In this document: positions 62,820 to 64,000 of the stretch, in pieces | How positions within the stretch are numbered: the stretch's first letter is position 1 | How the letters are laid out: every line of letters begins with the position of its first letter | Assembly (NCBI RefSeq): GCF_000006765.1 | Contig: NC_002516.2 | Length of the DNA stretch: 64,000 nucleotides | Origin: Pseudomonas aeruginosa PAO1 | Lineage (GTDB): Bacteria > Pseudomonadota > Gammaproteobacteria > Pseudomonadales > Pseudomonadaceae | Strand: one strand, 5' to 3' | The notes under the pieces: model-generated | What the model was told of the DNA's origin: nothing | The model's database searches: none | Seen by the model: the letters and a program-made list of their open reading frames with translations, nothing else | Translations under genes and position numbers: made by a program

Positions 62820-62829
62820 CGACTACTCC

Positions 62830-63651
62830 TTATTGGCCAAGCTGTTCGGCCAGCTCGGCGGAGCGCTGGCTGGCGGCGTTCAGGGCCTGCTCCACCAGTG
62901 CTTCGAAGCCGTTGGCCTGGAAGGATTTGATCGCCGCCTCGGTGGTGCCGTTGGGCGAAGTCACCCGGCGCCGCAGTTCGGCCGGCTCGACCTCGCTGGA
63001 CAGCGCCATCTGCGCCGCACCGAGGGCGGTCTGCAGGGTCAGGCGCGAGGCTGTCTCGCGGGACAGGCCGAGCTTCTCGCCGGCGTCGGTCATGGCCTGC
63101 ATCAGCAGGAAGAAATACGCCGGGCCGCTGCCCGACACTGCGGTCACCGCGTCGATCTGCGCTTCGTCGTCCAGCCACAGGGCGATGCCCACCGCGGACA
63201 GCAACTGCCCGGCCTGCTCGCATTGCGCGGCGCTGACCTGCGCGTTGGCGTACAGCCCGCTGGCGCCCTGGCGCAGCAGCGCCGGGGTGTTGGGCATGCA
63301 GCGGACCACCGGGCGCGGCTGGCCGAGCCAGGCTTCGAGGCTGGCGCAGGGGATGCCGGCGGCGATGGAGACGATCAGTTGCTCCGGCTTCAGCGCCGGC
63401 GCCAAGGCCTGGCACACGGCTTTCATGGCCTGCGGCTTGACCGACAGGACCACGACGTCGGCGTCGGCCACGGCCTCGGCGTTGGACTCGACCACGTCGA
63501 TGGCGAACTCGCCGGCGATCTTCGCGCGTTGCTCGGCGCCCGGGTCGCTGGCGCGGATCTGCGCCGCCGGCACGCCTTGGGCGCGCAGGCCGCCGATCAG
63601 GCTGGCGGCCATGTTGCCGGCGCCGATGAACGCTATGCGGGGTGTGCTCAT
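62830..63651 (-). CDS. proC: Pyrroline-5-carboxylate reductase
   Basis: IGAGNMA, VKPQ, RCMPNTP, SGSGPAY, VTSPNGTT; start at ATG 63651. Confidence 0.97.
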   Translation of the reverse strand: MSTPRIAFIGAGNMAASLIGGLRAQGVPAAQIRASDPGAEQRAKIAGEFAIDVVESNAEAVADADVVVLSVKPQAMKAVCQALAPALKPEQLIVSIAAGIPCASLEAWLGQPRPVVRCMPNTPALLRQGASGLYANAQVSAAQCEQAGQLLSAVGIALWLDDEAQIDAVTAVSGSGPAYFFLLMQAMTDAGEKLGLSRETASRLTLQTALGAAQMALSSEVEPAELRRRVTSPNGTTEAAIKSFQANGFEALVEQALNAASQRSAELAEQLGQ

Positions 63652-63662
63652 AGGGGATTCCT

Positions 63663-64000
63663 TCAAGAAGCCGGCGCGCCGTAGTCGCGGGCGCCGAACA
63701 GGGCGGTACCGATGCGGACCCAGGTCGCACCTTCGCCGATGGCTGCCTCGAGGTCGTCGCTCATGCCCATGGACAGGGTGTCCAGGCCAAGGTTCAGGTC
63801 CAGCAGCAGTTCGCGCAGGCGGGCGAACGCGGCGTGTTGCGCGGCGCGTTCGGCGGTGGGTTCGGGGATGGCCATCAGGCCACGCAATCGGAGGTTGGGC
63901 AGTTGCTTCACGGCCTCGGCCAGGGCCGGCAGGTCCTCGGGGGCGCAGCCGGACTTGCTGGCTTCGCCGCTGACGTTGACCTGCAGGCAGACATTCAGGG
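63663..64000 (-). CDS. yggS: PLP-homeostasis protein YggS, 3' part only (5' end lies outside the window)
   Basis: LQVNVSGEASKSG, GLMAIP, LSMGMSDD, VRIGTALFG; the frame runs off the window edge. Confidence 0.93.
   Translation of the reverse strand, partial: LNVCLQVNVSGEASKSGCAPEDLPALAEAVKQLPNLRLRGLMAIPEPTAERAAQHAAFARLRELLLDLNLGLDTLSMGMSDDLEAAIGEGATWVRIGTALFGARDYGAPAS

Overview
This is a GC-rich, gene-dense stretch of core chromosome from Pseudomonas aeruginosa. Gene content and order match my recollection of the PAO1 PA0331-PA0394 interval (ilvA1 to yggS); locus tags are from memory of synteny, not from a search. It holds about 67 CDSs: amino-acid and cofactor metabolism (ilvA, ilvD, hisN, metXW, proC, thyA, folA, thiSG, coaD), rppH-ptsP, lgt, mutM, the laoABCR long-chain alcohol oxidation locus, ftsYEX-rpoH and several uncharacterised operons. 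I see no rRNA, tRNA, CRISPR array, integrase or transposase. The most interesting items are: (1) a divergent glpQ / tandem-paralogue exported protein pair with a Pho-box-like site, a candidate phospholipid-scavenging module; (2) a DUF2868 membrane protein + DUF3482 GTPase + FkbM methyltransferase operon, plus a separate dynamin-like GTPase; (3) a DUF2269 / SDR-DoxX / DUF2269 membrane redox triplet; (4) a SUKH/SMI1-like gene broken by an in-frame UGA followed directly by a perfect 18-nt palindrome; (5) a yggU gene missing from the ORF track that can only start at a CUG; (6) cis-elements read directly from the DNA (LaoR operator inside a -35/-10 spacer, Hfq/Crc motifs, ECF promoters, GTAG-type REPs). 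Many start codons were moved from the ORF track to the nearest RBS-supported or family-consistent start.
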